Origin: Gonapodya sp. JEL0774
Lineage: Eukaryota
Assembly: GCA_027604505.1 (NCBI GenBank)
Contig: JADIIX010000002.1
Coordinates: forward strand, 62,001-126,000
Direction: 5' to 3'
DNA: 64,000 bases
This document shows positions 40,401 through 56,022 of the stretch, piece after piece; positions within the stretch are counted from its first letter, which is position 1; every line of letters starts with the position of its first letter. Both the position numbers and the translations under genes were made by a program. Below the pieces are notes generated by a model that was not told where the DNA came from, searched no databases, and saw only the letters and a program-made list of their open reading frames with translations.

Positions 40401-43400
40401 GACCCGCTGGTGAAGACTCTTGCCACTCTGCAACATATTTTGAACTTCGCTGATTCGTACGTCTGCACCAAACCGTAGATTTGGAATCTCCTCGTCTGTG
40501 ATTTCGATTCCGATCTCTTCGACTCTATCTCTTGACGGATCGAGAGCGAAGCGTTTGGATAATGCATTTGGAAGCATGCCGCGATGAGGAATCGTGTTTT
40601 CGCTCTCACTAGAGGCAGTCATCTGACAGAGGTCGTCGCGGCCTGGTGACAGATTTAATGTCTCAAAAGGCGAGTGTCGATAGCACTAGCTAAACTATGC
40701 TCACCGACGAGTGACAATTCTGCTGACCCCCAATTAGTTGGAGGATCCTTTCTGCATCGTGAAAGCGCTTCTCTGATGGGAACTGAAATACCTGGAGGCA
40801 TCCTGTCAAGCTCCGCCAGCGTCCATCCACTCATCGCCATTTGCACTACAACTTCGTGAAAATGTCTCTCGGAGAGACTTTCAAAGATAGGAATTAAGGT
40901 GCCGGCCTTATAAAAATTATTGGGGAGGTTCCACTTTGGTTGATTCTTCGTCGCTACGATTAGCGGGAACTGTGGTAGTGGCATGGTAGGCGTGTTGATG
41001 ACATTGGGTGTGCGTGACGTATCAGATGTTTTAAGAATGGTGTTGGATGCGAATTTAAGCCACGAACTAAGTGCATTATGACATGGTTGACTGGCGATGG
41101 GTGTTGATCGCTTCGTACGAAGTACGTTGCAGATCCAAGAGAAGATTGATGGTGGCGCGTGCTGGAATTGAGAGCGAATTGCCACTCCAGACATATCTAT
41201 CACAGTAAGCGAAATCGTATGGGCATTGCCCCTCCGTCAACAACAATTGACATAGAGACTCACCCAAGTGAATCCAACTCTTCTCGCCCTGACCGCCCGG
41301 AACTCCATCCAGCGTATAGTAATCCACCCATTCTCTACAACCCAATCCCTTGGAGAGCCGCACAAGCAAAATACCAAGCTCACACCTTGACTCTTCTGCT
41401 TCTTCAGTAATTTTCAGATCCTCGTAAACAAGGTGGAGCGCCCATAGGATGTCTTGCAGAATATCCACGGAATCACTTACGTGTCCAGCGAGCTCAGCTT
41501 TCAAACCCTCGCCGGAACAGAAGGTTTTCGCCCACTCTACGCGCTCCATCCAGTCATCCTGCTCCGATATCTCCACTGGTCCACTTGTATTACTCATTCT
41601 CTCATTCAGGAGCTCCCAGTCCCTGAAACCTGCGAGTTGCGCATGCATGGCTTGCGGCGACCGAATTCCTTCTACTGCAGGTGCCCACCCTGTTCCTCTC
41701 CCTGCTGCCGCTTTTGCACTTGAGGCAGCTAGGACCGCGGCTGCCAGACAATTCATTTCACCGTACAACCCCGCCGACCTCCATGGTCTCGACGAGTTGG
41801 CGAGCAGAAGAAATTGCGCACGGAGGAGAAAAAATGAAGAGGAAGGGAGAGCGCAAGAAAGCGACCAAAGTGCGAGACCCACGGTGGGGTTGCGTGGTGC
41901 AAAGGTCGCTCGGACACGGATCAGAACGCCAGTCGAAAGGACCACGGTAAAGCGGTTCCCACATGGATCAAGTAATCCCACCATAGACGACATCATCGAT
42001 TCACCTGTGGACGGAGGTGCGGCGAGGACTCCCTCAGCTGTATGGGCGGTGTAGTCGGCTCGACCTTTCCCAGTCCTTGCGACTTTGCTACCCCTCTCCG
42101 ACTCTGAGACCTCATCTTCAGTTTCGAACCGTCTCCGTTTTGAGATTGCTCCAGTGGCCACGTTGCGAACGGGAATGAGGTCCATGAATTTGTCCGGCAT
42201 GGTACATCTCAGAGTAAAGTTTCCACCACCGGTCCAAAGCCCAATTGAGCCGTCAGGTGCGAGAATTGCGATGTCATAAATATGACATCCGCGAGTAGCT
42301 GAAACTGGAACAGCAGAAGTTGCAGGGAAGGTGGATAGGGGATTGAGGAGCAGGCCATGAGCTCCGTTGTCTGAGAGTTCATACATGGAAAGTGTTTGAC
42401 TTGATGAGTGGAGGATACAGACAATCTCCGTTCCAGAAGCTGCATGGGCGAGGAACACTGAGGTTGCAGCGGAGCTATCGGCAACGAACAGATTTTTCGA
42501 CCTTGTCAATGGATGTGGGGTATGAGCAGGTTCGACAACTCTCACCCTTCTTGAAAAGGTTCCACCCAACATTTTTCCCAGAACACAGTACACTTCAGAT
42601 ATTCGTCCCATGGGTCCCATATGTCACCACCGCCTCCCAGCGATGCAGCGGGGGACAGCGTGCCCAAGCCCCACGGAGGATTCAAACCACCCGGCTGGCT
42701 TACCGTGGCTCCCACTCCACCGAGGCCGAGTCCAGGAATATCCGATAGTCTGCCATGACTACGACGGCTGGAACGTCGCCGGTGAGCACCGTCGATGGAA
42801 GTCCGGGTCTCTCCCCGAGGGAGTTTCAGGTCGTTCCCATCCTCACCGTTCGCTTCTCTTGACAATCCCAAGTCTCTTCTTCCCTCTTGATTAAATGGGG
42901 TAAGGTTGTCCCTGGTACTTCGATGGTGGTCATCTCGATCATAGCGGCAGTACCTCCACACAACATGTCGCCGCATCCGTGCCTCGTAGGTAACAACGAT
43001 TGGCTGGGCAACACGTTCAAGAGATGACTGTGGGGAGTCTATCTGATGAAAGGATCGGACATACAGGATTTGCTGGTGTTGGGTTGACAGGGAATAAGTC
43101 GGAGATAGTGGTCGGAGCATTGTGGGAAGGAATGACCGCACGGAATTCTTCGAGATTGCGGGATGCAGATCCTCAATGGAGACAAGCTGCTGAGCAATGG
43201 AAACTGTTTGCAAATCCTCTAGCGGATGAGGAAGGTAGAAATGAAGTGGGCGTGCAGGAGGTGGTGACCGTGCGGCATCAGACCAGGAGAAACCGACAGA
43301 CGGTGTCGTAGGAATACCAAGCGCTGGCGCACGAGAGGAGGTGGTACCGTCGGGACTTTGAAACAAAAGATAAACCAGCAACACATAAGTGAATTCATTC

Positions 43401-44257
43401 AACAGTTGCACGGTTTCAACGGGGGAAAGGGTAGGATCCTAGTTGGCCCCATCATATTACACCTATTTCCTTAGTTAGACGCGAGGGAACTGACCCTTCG
43501 TCCCGAGTACAATCTGCCACACTTGCCACTCACTTTCCATCTCTCTCATCGTCGAGCGGTGACCTCTCCAGTAATATCCCCACATCAATCGTCCAAGCTT
43601 GCTTCACGACAAAGGGGAGCGACTTAACGTAGTACGCACCACCCGAGAAGTAAAAATGGGCGGAATCTGGGAGAAACACACAAAGCGCTCGCTTCAGATG
43701 ATGTGAGGCGGCTTTGGAACGAGTAGCATGGCCCTCGACTCTATTGCGGGCGAAGCTGAAGGAATCGTGTTTGGAAGATTCCCCGCCACTGAACGATTGA
43801 TTGGCGGTGGTGCCTTCTCCTGTGATTGATGGGAGTGTCATGTCCATACGAAACCAGCCCCACAAGGCTTGCTGGACGGGTTGCCGGAGGTGTGCATATG
43901 AAAATACCCTTCGGGGTGAGCCTCCTTGAGACCAGACGACAGTGGATCCGTCAATGTATAGTTCCTCATCGACATTGACAGACGAGTCACCACCGGATCC
44001 CTGTGATTCAGTTGGAAACAGTCGAAAAGAGGGCGGATTATGAGTCTTTCCCGAAGAAATTGGGAAATTTTAATGCAAGTATTGCGGATCGTTGGTCAGA
44101 TGGTGATCTGCAGACGCAAGTGAGGGAATCCAGAATGGCGGTATTACAAACAACCTACTTGCTCGTCACCGGTTTGAATTGTGCCAGCGATCTCAAAACG
44201 AGATTCCACGAATGACTTTCCTATGGGCTCAAACGCCCTGCAATCACTGAACTCCAT
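37442..44257 (-). CDS. APC1: Anaphase-promoting complex subunit 1 (BimE/Cut4)
   Basis: WPEFHNGVAAGLRI, HAGLLLALGLNGHL, PC-repeat segments, ACLAIGLKYAGS, YGNHMATHMAMGFLFLGGG, DNRGHPQVFRHLWALAVE and the N-terminal EELYIDGSTVVWS. Confidence 0.95.
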
Positions 44258-44588
44258 TAATGGGAACTACGACCTCATGCGAAACCGGCCACCACGACGA
44301 ATTGTGTGAAGGGAGAAGAGCGGCAGGGAAAGAGCGGGGGTGAAAAGAGAGGGAAAGGCGTAAATTTACCGAGCTGATGATGTTGAATTTATCGTGGGTT
44401 TCGCATGGCATCAACCATGCCCGCGTTCCCTCTAAACCTCTCACTTGGTGCGAGCACACTTCGCTTATGACTGAGATGAGCTTGGACTTCACGGCGTTGA
44501 TCCATTCAGACCATCATCATAAATTGAAACGGTTGGCAGAGCAACGCGCCAGACAAATTATGTGATTATTTACATCATGAAATGCCCA

Positions 44589-48514
<3,926 letters not shown>

Positions 48515-48662
48515 GGGATGGCTCCCTCGGATTTTAACGCACACGAAATAGTCAATCGATTCTCAGCATCTCAGTCTAATAATACTAGTGAAACTCCGAC
48601 TCCACACTAAAATTCCTTTAGAAGAGGTTTGCCCACCCTCGGTCCAATCCGCGATAGTTCCT

Positions 48663-49110
48663 CTAATTTTTGGAGGAGCCTGGAGCGTAACCACCTTGCC
48701 CGGTCCCGACACCTCCTCCGATCGTTTGACCAGCTGCTCCGGTTGCCTGCATGAGATTCGCGATGTATTTGACCAGGAGCTGATTCTGAAGGGTTTGCGA
48801 GTCGTGATCGGCGCGGGTCCGGTCTGCACGGATGATGAGGTCTGGAAGCACGTTTGAATATTTAGACGCCGTACGGTATTGCACACCATCGATGAAGAGA
48901 CGGAACTGAGACGTAGCAAAACACGTAGGTACCTCGATAGGCATCCTGCGCCGAGAGAACGCTGCTGTATAATGGGAAGATGGGGGTCAACTTGATACGA
49001 AATTTGCAGTCCCATTCGGGGTTACTGAAACGCCGGGCAACCAGATGGAACTCGACAGGCCTACAGTAAGAGACAAAGACTTACGCTATTAAAGTCTCCT
49101 TGTCGCCCAT
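48663..49110 (-). CDS. SCOC: Short coiled-coil protein (SCOC/UNC-69/Slo1-like)
   Basis: Three-exon model MGDKETLIA|SVLSAQDAYR|DLIIRADRTRADHDSQTLQNQLLVKYIANLMQA, matching the family pattern LI..VL..Q....L......NQ.L..YI.NLM. Confidence 0.75.
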
Positions 49111-49340
49111 CGCATTCTCTGAAGAATCGGATGTAAAGTGCGCCTCAGGTACTGCCGGACTCAACCGGCATAAAATTATTGAAAACTTGTATTCTTATAG
49201 CATGCTCTCAGAGTATGTTTACATTCATTATGTTCTTAAGCAACAATATGTGAACTTTTGAAATGCGATATGCAACGTGACGGAGCTTTAGGGTCATTAC
49301 TTCACTCGATCTTCTATATCTTTCATCCAAATTAAGAATT

Positions 49341-50261
49341 TCATGCCAGAATTGCCATGAGAGCAGCCGCACCGGCAGCGAGAACATTCATCGATCGACA
49401 CCGCACTGCGAGACAAATTTGCAGTTGAACGAGGCGAAGGAGGTGCTCGCAAACACGTCGCCTGACTCACCCAATGCAATTGCATTGTTTCCTTTTGCCT
49501 GTTCAGGATTGGCCGACGGCATGGCGGCGTTTACAGAAGTTGAGGTTGTTGTGGTTGGGATGACAGATAGCAAAGTAGCTGCAGCTCCAGACCCCGGCAA
49601 TGAGGTAGTGACAAGTGCTGTAGCATTCGGAGCCTCGACAGTTGGTATTATCACAGCCGATGGGGCGGGGCCAGGTGGTACAGAAGCTGTCGCCGGTGAT
49701 ACGATTGGAACCGTGTTGCTCTATGGCGTATTATAGAAAAATGAGAACACTTCCATGATACGCTTTCAATACAACTCACTTGGACAGCTCCACTGGATTT
49801 TCGATTTAGTATAGGGTAATAAGCTGACAAGCAAGAAGTAAAACTAAGAAATTATTGTTCCTCACCACGCCTCCAAGTCAGAGCTCCCGTTCGCACACAC
49901 AGGCGCACAAATATGATTGGCGCCACAGAGCCATGTAACGCTGAGCTTGGCATCTGGCGGAGGACAATCTGCGGTCGTCTGGCAGGGGAGGATTGTGTCG
50001 CGCAAACGAACTTTCCGAGAAACGAGACAATGAGCTCATATTATATGATGCCGCACAGAAAAAATGGAGTCTCACGTGCCGAGGTGAGGCCCTCTGGGGC
50101 TGCCAAGAAAGTGACGACGGCTACGGGGACAATATCACAACGGGCGTTGAAGTAGAAACAAGTTGAGAAGAGATAAACTTTGTTTCGTTTCACTGCACCC
50201 CGAATTCGGAGAGACTTCGAGGTTTGCACTAACCAAGCACGAGAACAGAGGGGAATCGCAT
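49341..50261 (-). CDS. Secreted Cys-rich-head, Ser/Thr/Pro-stalk, putative GPI-anchored protein (paralog B)
   Basis: Exons 50261-50234, 50120-50076, 50010-49866, 49792-49780, 49720-49471 and 49405-49341 give MRFPSVLVLAVVTFLAA...PCQTTADCPPPDAKLSVTWLCGANHICAPVC...C...stalk...NVLAAGAAALMAILA*. Confidence 0.75.
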
Positions 50262-50676
50262 TGGTGAAGTGATTTGGGATGAAAGGCTTTTGCAATGGGC
50301 GAGATTGAGAGAGCGGGGTCCACCAATTTCTCCGTGATCGACCCCTCACAAATAATATGTTGACACAAACCATTCCAAAAATGGGAACTCGCGCGTGTCA
50401 AAGGGAATTGGATGCTGGCTTAAGATATTCACAGAACGAGTGCAGTTCAGAGGCTTTCTGGTTTTCCCACATGTTCTACATAGGTGACACGGAGACATAG
50501 TGCACTTCCTGCGGGCATGCTGCAACTCTCAATGATATAGCTTAGGAACTTACTCAGCACTGGATCCTCGCAGATTGAGGATTTTGAGGTCGACTGGTGC
50601 TCCGCAGTCCACTGTACTTTTATCCACCTGCAGAGATTTGCAACACAAGAATCAAAATTGCTCTTCAAAGTAAAGA

Positions 50677-51784
50677 TTACACAATTCCATTCGCAAACAT
50701 TAAGATGATTGTAATGAGCGTGTTGAATTGAACTAAAGAACCCAAGAGAGCGATGAAATTGTCGTTCACTCAGACAGACTGGTCTAAATTCAACAACTGG
50801 AGTTCTTAACTCACCATTTCGAGGAATTCCGCCAGACTTTTGTTTTAGTGGTGCACTGTCCCCAGATGATGTGGGTATCGAAGTCGTCTCTGTGAAAGTG
50901 GGACCAGCGGTCTGAGATTTAGCGGCAAATATTGGACCTTGTCCTCCATTTCGACTTGACAATGTGGGAATAGAGTCATTCAAAGAGGTGGTTGTGGAGG
51001 AAGCGCCGTTTTCACCCCCCGAGTCAACGACGCCATCTGTGGCTTGCTGAGGGGCAGACGTAGATGGCGATGTTTCTGGCGAGACGGTTGCTGACGGAGG
51101 CGGAATCGGGTTAGAAGAGGATGCGGGAGCTGGGATCGAAACTGGGGGGGGGGAGGGCGAGACGGTTGCTGGCGAAGGCGGCAACGAATTAGAAGATGAA
51201 GCGGGAGCTGGGGGGGGTGGTGGAGGTGGCGGCGGCGGGGGAGGAGGCGGAGGGGGAGGGGGAGGAGGAGGAGGAGGAGGGCTGGGGAACGGGAGCAAGG
51301 GGTTAGGTNNNNNNNNNGTCGCGGGTGAGTTAGCAGAGCGTATCGTGATCAATAAGTTATTGGGACAGGATCTTTCCCGGGCTTTCGGTGGTGTGAACAA
51401 AATAGTATATTACGTCCTCCCGTGACACTCACGGAGGTGGTGGCGGAGGTGGTGGAGGGGGTCGGGGAGCAGCATGGGGGGTGCAAATATAGAAGTCACA
51501 GGTGAACGTGTAACCCGAGAGAGTTGGGCAATCCCGCTCGGTGAAACACAAGTACACTGTGCAGCCACAAAATAGCAGCGGACTCAGAGGCAAAAAAAAC
51601 ACAGGTCTTTATAGACAAGAGCGAGTATGCACATACATTGGGCTTGCGCCTGAGCAACCAAGAACGACAGGAGGGTGATGGCCAGTCCTACGCGCAAGCA
51701 TACGTGATGCTCGTGGACTGGAACGACCGGTCAAATTGCCTGCACGGTACCTGTTGCAGCCTTCCATCTAGTCCGGATCCTCAT
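50677..51784 (-). CDS. Secreted Cys-rich-head, poly-Pro/Ser/Thr-stalk, putative GPI-anchored protein (paralog A)
   Basis: Exons 51784-51751, 51687-51637, 51556-51433, 51281-50815 and 50732-50677 give MRIRTRWKAATGLAITLLSFLVAQAQAQLYLCFTERDCPTLSGYTFTCDFYICTP...poly-P...stalk...FNTLITIILMFANGIV*. Confidence 0.78.
51081..51281 (-). repeat. Coding poly-proline (GGN)n tract plus two imperfect 78-bp repeat units
   Basis: gagacggttgctg occurs at 51081 and 51159 (PAPASSSNSLPPSPATVSP versus PAPASSSNPIPPPSATVSP). GGA/GGT/GGC run at about 51210-51281. Confidence 0.85.
51309..51317. other. Assembly gap (9 N) within predicted intron 51282-51432
   Basis: Run of n characters next to the low-complexity tract. 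Confidence 0.98.
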
Positions 51785-52066
51785 GGCAGCTTTCTTTTCA
51801 GTTCCGTGAATGGATTGATGTTGGCAATCTGGAAATGGCACGATCTTTGTCGGGAATGCCCGCTTTGGCTCACTAGATCATTTGATTTATTTGATTTCCA
51901 AAATAAACTTGCACAGCCGCAGCACACCACAACAACCCCAGACCAGTTTGGACAGATAGAAATGAAAGTTTGGTCCTTTTCAATTGGCTCTAGTAAAGTA
52001 TGAAATGGATTATCGTTACAGTAAGGAAAGAACCTCCGCACGCCTTCGGCACTCGGCACAACCAAC

Positions 52067-55000
52067 ATGTTTGATGCTTCTATGCCCCCAATGACAGACA
52101 ATGTCGCGCTTAATCAGTTCTTGGTCATGGGACGCGACTTTTTGAGTGCGACGACGACTGATAGCGTCGACGGTCTCACAGCTGTCTTGATTGAGCTTCA
52201 CATAAACTTGTCTACCACGAACGTGGGCATGCCAGGCCGCGAACAAGGCACCGATGCTTTGCTTCGACTCACTTGCAACAATATTCGTTTGTTTATCTCC
52301 GTTGGCCAGAAACTGTTGGAGGACCTGCCAAGCTCCATTCTCGCCTCCTCTCGCTTGTCCTCAATTCTCACTCTCCATTCGCTCCTTTCCGTGCTATACA
52401 CACATCCCCGTTCTTTCGCCAGCTCCATTGCAACAATTTCTGGAGACCTATTTACCTCAGAGTATCCCATACACTTCCTCCTTGCATGCATTGGGCTCTG
52501 CTTTGAAGTACCCGCAACCTCTCGATGGTGGCTTCTGGAGCGGGTCGAAGCCGCTCGAGTCGATGATCGTGAATCCATAGCGATTGCTTGTGCAGTAGCT
52601 GCTTCTAAACTTCTCAAGGAATGTTTCATGTGGAATGAGAAGAACAAATCGGTGGGCTTACTTAGTGTGATTTTGTATTAAGTCTCCTTGGTTTGAAAGG
52701 AAATCCGTTACTTCTCAGCGACCTCTAGCTGCTTCAAAGGGAAGAACCTTTTCGCAAATTGAAAGGCGAAACGTCACAGCCTCTAACGTAGGTACTGCGT
52801 ATTGCCTTCATTGTTTTCTCTTACTGTCCAAGTACTTACCTTTTCCGCGATTTGTACACGTAGAGCCTTGTCCTCGACAGCGAAAAAGTGTCGGTGGTCC
52901 TTGCATCTCTCATGCTAAAGCTGGTCTCGGTCATTTCCACCAGCAAGGACACAGTACCAAGAGAATGTTCCTCTCGGAGCCTTCTCTCCTCTGTTGCCAC
53001 GGCCACCCTATCCTTTCTACGATCCGGCAAGGATGCGAGGACCGTGTTCGCGAGACCACCGTCGGAACCACCATTTGCTGATCGGGAGCGCGCCTCCTTC
53101 ATTACTGGAGTGCCTGGTACAACAGCTTTGTCTGCACTGATTGTTTCGCTTCTAGACTCTGCCTCTCGGCAGAATCTGTTGGACACATTCGACTCTGCCC
53201 TCCAACTTCTGGTCCCCCCTCTATCACTCCTTTTGCTTAACCCTGACTCGCCGAACTCGCCGGAACCTCTCCAATTAGAATTGTACTTTTGGCGTGCCAT
53301 GTTCGATTGTGTTACTCAGCATCTGGGCTCAGTCGCTGCCCTACTCCGTTCGAATACACCACCTTCTGCACTTCTCCGCAATCGTCACCTGGTTCCTTGT
53401 CTAGACATCCTCATTAATTGCTTCGTCAGTCTTCAACGACTGAATACACAATCTGGGTCTCAAATGCAGCACTTGAAGCCCCTTCCGGCTTACTCCCCGC
53501 TGTTACATGTGAGAGCCTGGCTTCGTGCCGAACACCGTACGATTCCGATTCCATCATCATCGATGGTGCTTCAAGACTTTCTTCTGGAAGTGTCTCCAGC
53601 GCTGGCGCGGGATCTTGTCCGCATTCTTATTGCCCTCAGCGGGAGCGGAAGGGAAGTAGAAATTGCAAGCGACAGGTGTGTCAAGCTTTTCACGAATTTA
53701 GCGTTTGGAGTATCAGAGGTAGCTGCTCACGTGGAGACTGCACGCACAACCGATGGTTTGCCACCACTGGACAGAACCGAAGAAGTATGGAAGGAGGTTG
53801 AGGGAACCAGACGTCGTGGAGAACGGAGGGCGGAAAATGACAACGAAAACCTGGTACCTGGCCTTGTGAAACTTCTGATTCCGATGGCGCTCCACGTGGC
53901 ACGTGTGGATGGCGACCGTTCAGAGAACGGAAACAAAAGGAAGAGGACTGCTGATCACACCTTCCCTGTTGCTGCAAATCGGAAAGCAGCACAGCAGATG
54001 CCACCAGAATCCTCTACCAGTTGTTCAGACCGCGCTTTCCGCCTGTTGCACATGCTTTCTAAATCGTCGCTTGCTGTCTTGAGCATTGCCGAATACAATC
54101 AGTTGGATGCATTGTTGAAAGTCCCTCTTGAAATCTCTGTCTCCACCGAGACGCGAAACAACACAACGCTAAAGCACGATGAATTCCGATTGGAAAGAGC
54201 ATTTCGGATCCTGAGTGCCATCACCCAGGATGCTCGTGTTCGACAGCGCCTTCGTGAGAAGCACCAGATCAGCGAGTGGATGGTGCGAGTTATATGCTAC
54301 AAAGGGGGCGTGCTCGTCAAGTCGGGGTTGGCAGAGGTCAGAGATCTTGGTGTTCGTCTCATCGGCAGCTGCGCTGCGATCATACGAGCATCATTCGCCT
54401 ACGATGCAGTGACTTTGCGATGTCTTGGGGCTCCTGTATTGATCAAGGAAGATATGTCCGCCAATTCCCTACAACTTCCGGGAATAAGCGCAAGAAACTC
54501 TGACTCAGTCTCACTCGTACCATTTTTGATATGGTTTGTCAACGACTCAAGAACGCTCCCCAAGGCCATTGAGGTAGCAGTCGTCGATGTCCTGGATCTG
54601 ATACTCAGTCATTCACCTTCAACCATGCGCCATCTTCTCGCGGAGCCGTTTGCAGTCAAATCACTGATGAGCATATTTAGGAGCTTCGCCGTCCATTCAG
54701 ATTCAGGTGAGGAGAAAGAAGAAGGAATTCCAGCGGTACTCCGAATCCTTGCAAGAATGTTTCGGCATGTGGATGTGAGGGACGCCCTTGTGTCACAAAA
54801 CGGTGTCCACGAGATTGTCTATGGTCTTTACAAGATCGAAAGGTGGGGTCCTTCTGGAGACCCTGGACCTGATTGTGCGACTCCTTCTGTCGAACATGCA
54901 CGTGTCGCTTACCAAAATTATCTCGATCGGTTGTTTGGATATTTGAATCGAGCGGAGCTTGCACGGGTATTTGCTCGCGGTTTTTGGAATGGACTCGAGG

Positions 55001-55869
55001 CAGAATCGAGTGATTCGTCGCTGTGGGCTCTGTCGCTTGTGAGCATTTGTCCCGAGAATCTCTGGAACGAGCTCGTGTTTGGAGCAGAGAAGCAGATCCT
55101 TGGGTCGGAGACAGATTATCCAGTCAGTCGTATTCTTGACTTATGTGAAAGTGGAGACGCCCGCGGAAGAGAAGCTCTGGAGCTGATGTGCTGGTTGCGT
55201 TTTCGTGGATGGACAAACGAAATCGTTCCACTCACCAAAGACGTTCGAGATATTCTAGATTTCCTAGAGGAAGGGCCAGCATTATTCATCCAAGACCTTT
55301 CTGAAGCTGTTCCCGAGTCTCCCGATCCGGCAGATGTTGTTTTGATTGGAGTTCACAACCAGTCTCAACAATATCAAATGTCTCGGAGAGCCCTTGCTTC
55401 GGCATCTCCTGTTTTGTACGCTTTAGCTGAAGGAAGCTTTAGGGAGGCATCAGAGCGCAACGTGACAATTGGGGAGACTGATGAAGTGGTGTTACTCTAC
55501 TTCCTGGGGTGGCTTCACCAACGTGATGCGCTCACCCAAGGCGTAAGTCCCAGCAAAGCCGGTCCTAGTCCCTCATTGTCGAGCACAGAAATACCACGTG
55601 TTGCGGTGGGCATGCTTGTTCTTGCAGACAGGTTCGAACTCCCTTTAGCCACTCTGATTGCGGCTCTGGAATGGCTTGTGTCCCTCTCTGGCCCGACAAC
55701 AGCAACCACTGTTTTCTCAGCCTTGTGTGAAACTTTTGGAGAGCGGCCGGAGATTCGGAGTCTCAAACGGCTTTGCATGCGTCGTGTATTTGGGCGGTAC
55801 GGGGAAGTGCGAACTTTTGAAGCCGATCGGACTGACATCATGAAATTGCTGATGGATTCGCCAGAGTAG
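52067..55869 (+). CDS. Large helical-repeat (ARM-like) protein with C-terminal BTB/POZ-like domain
   Basis: 993-aa Leu-rich ORF plus upstream exons. The C-terminal ADVVL...SRRALASASPVLYALAEGSFREASERNVTI...FLGWLH...LVLADRFEL fits the BTB pattern. Confidence 0.7.
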
Positions 55870-56022
55870 GCATTTATTTTACACTCTGCGCTACACTATT
55901 TGCCAAACTGAAGGGGGTTCCCAGATATTACAATATAGAAGATTGTGGAGTCGTCCCATCAATGATATCCAGCTATCCTCACATTTGGAACTCTCAACTC
56001 CCCCACAATTGGTATCAGAATT

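Noticed and set aside
50447..51400. 317-aa ORF as a formin/WASP-like poly-proline protein
   Set aside because: No FH2/WH2 domain; better explained as the stalk exon of the secreted GPI-type gene plus intron read-through.
51210..51460. G-rich repeat as CRISPR, telomere or G-quadruplex element
   Set aside because: It is the antisense of a poly-proline coding tract and has no repeat-spacer structure.
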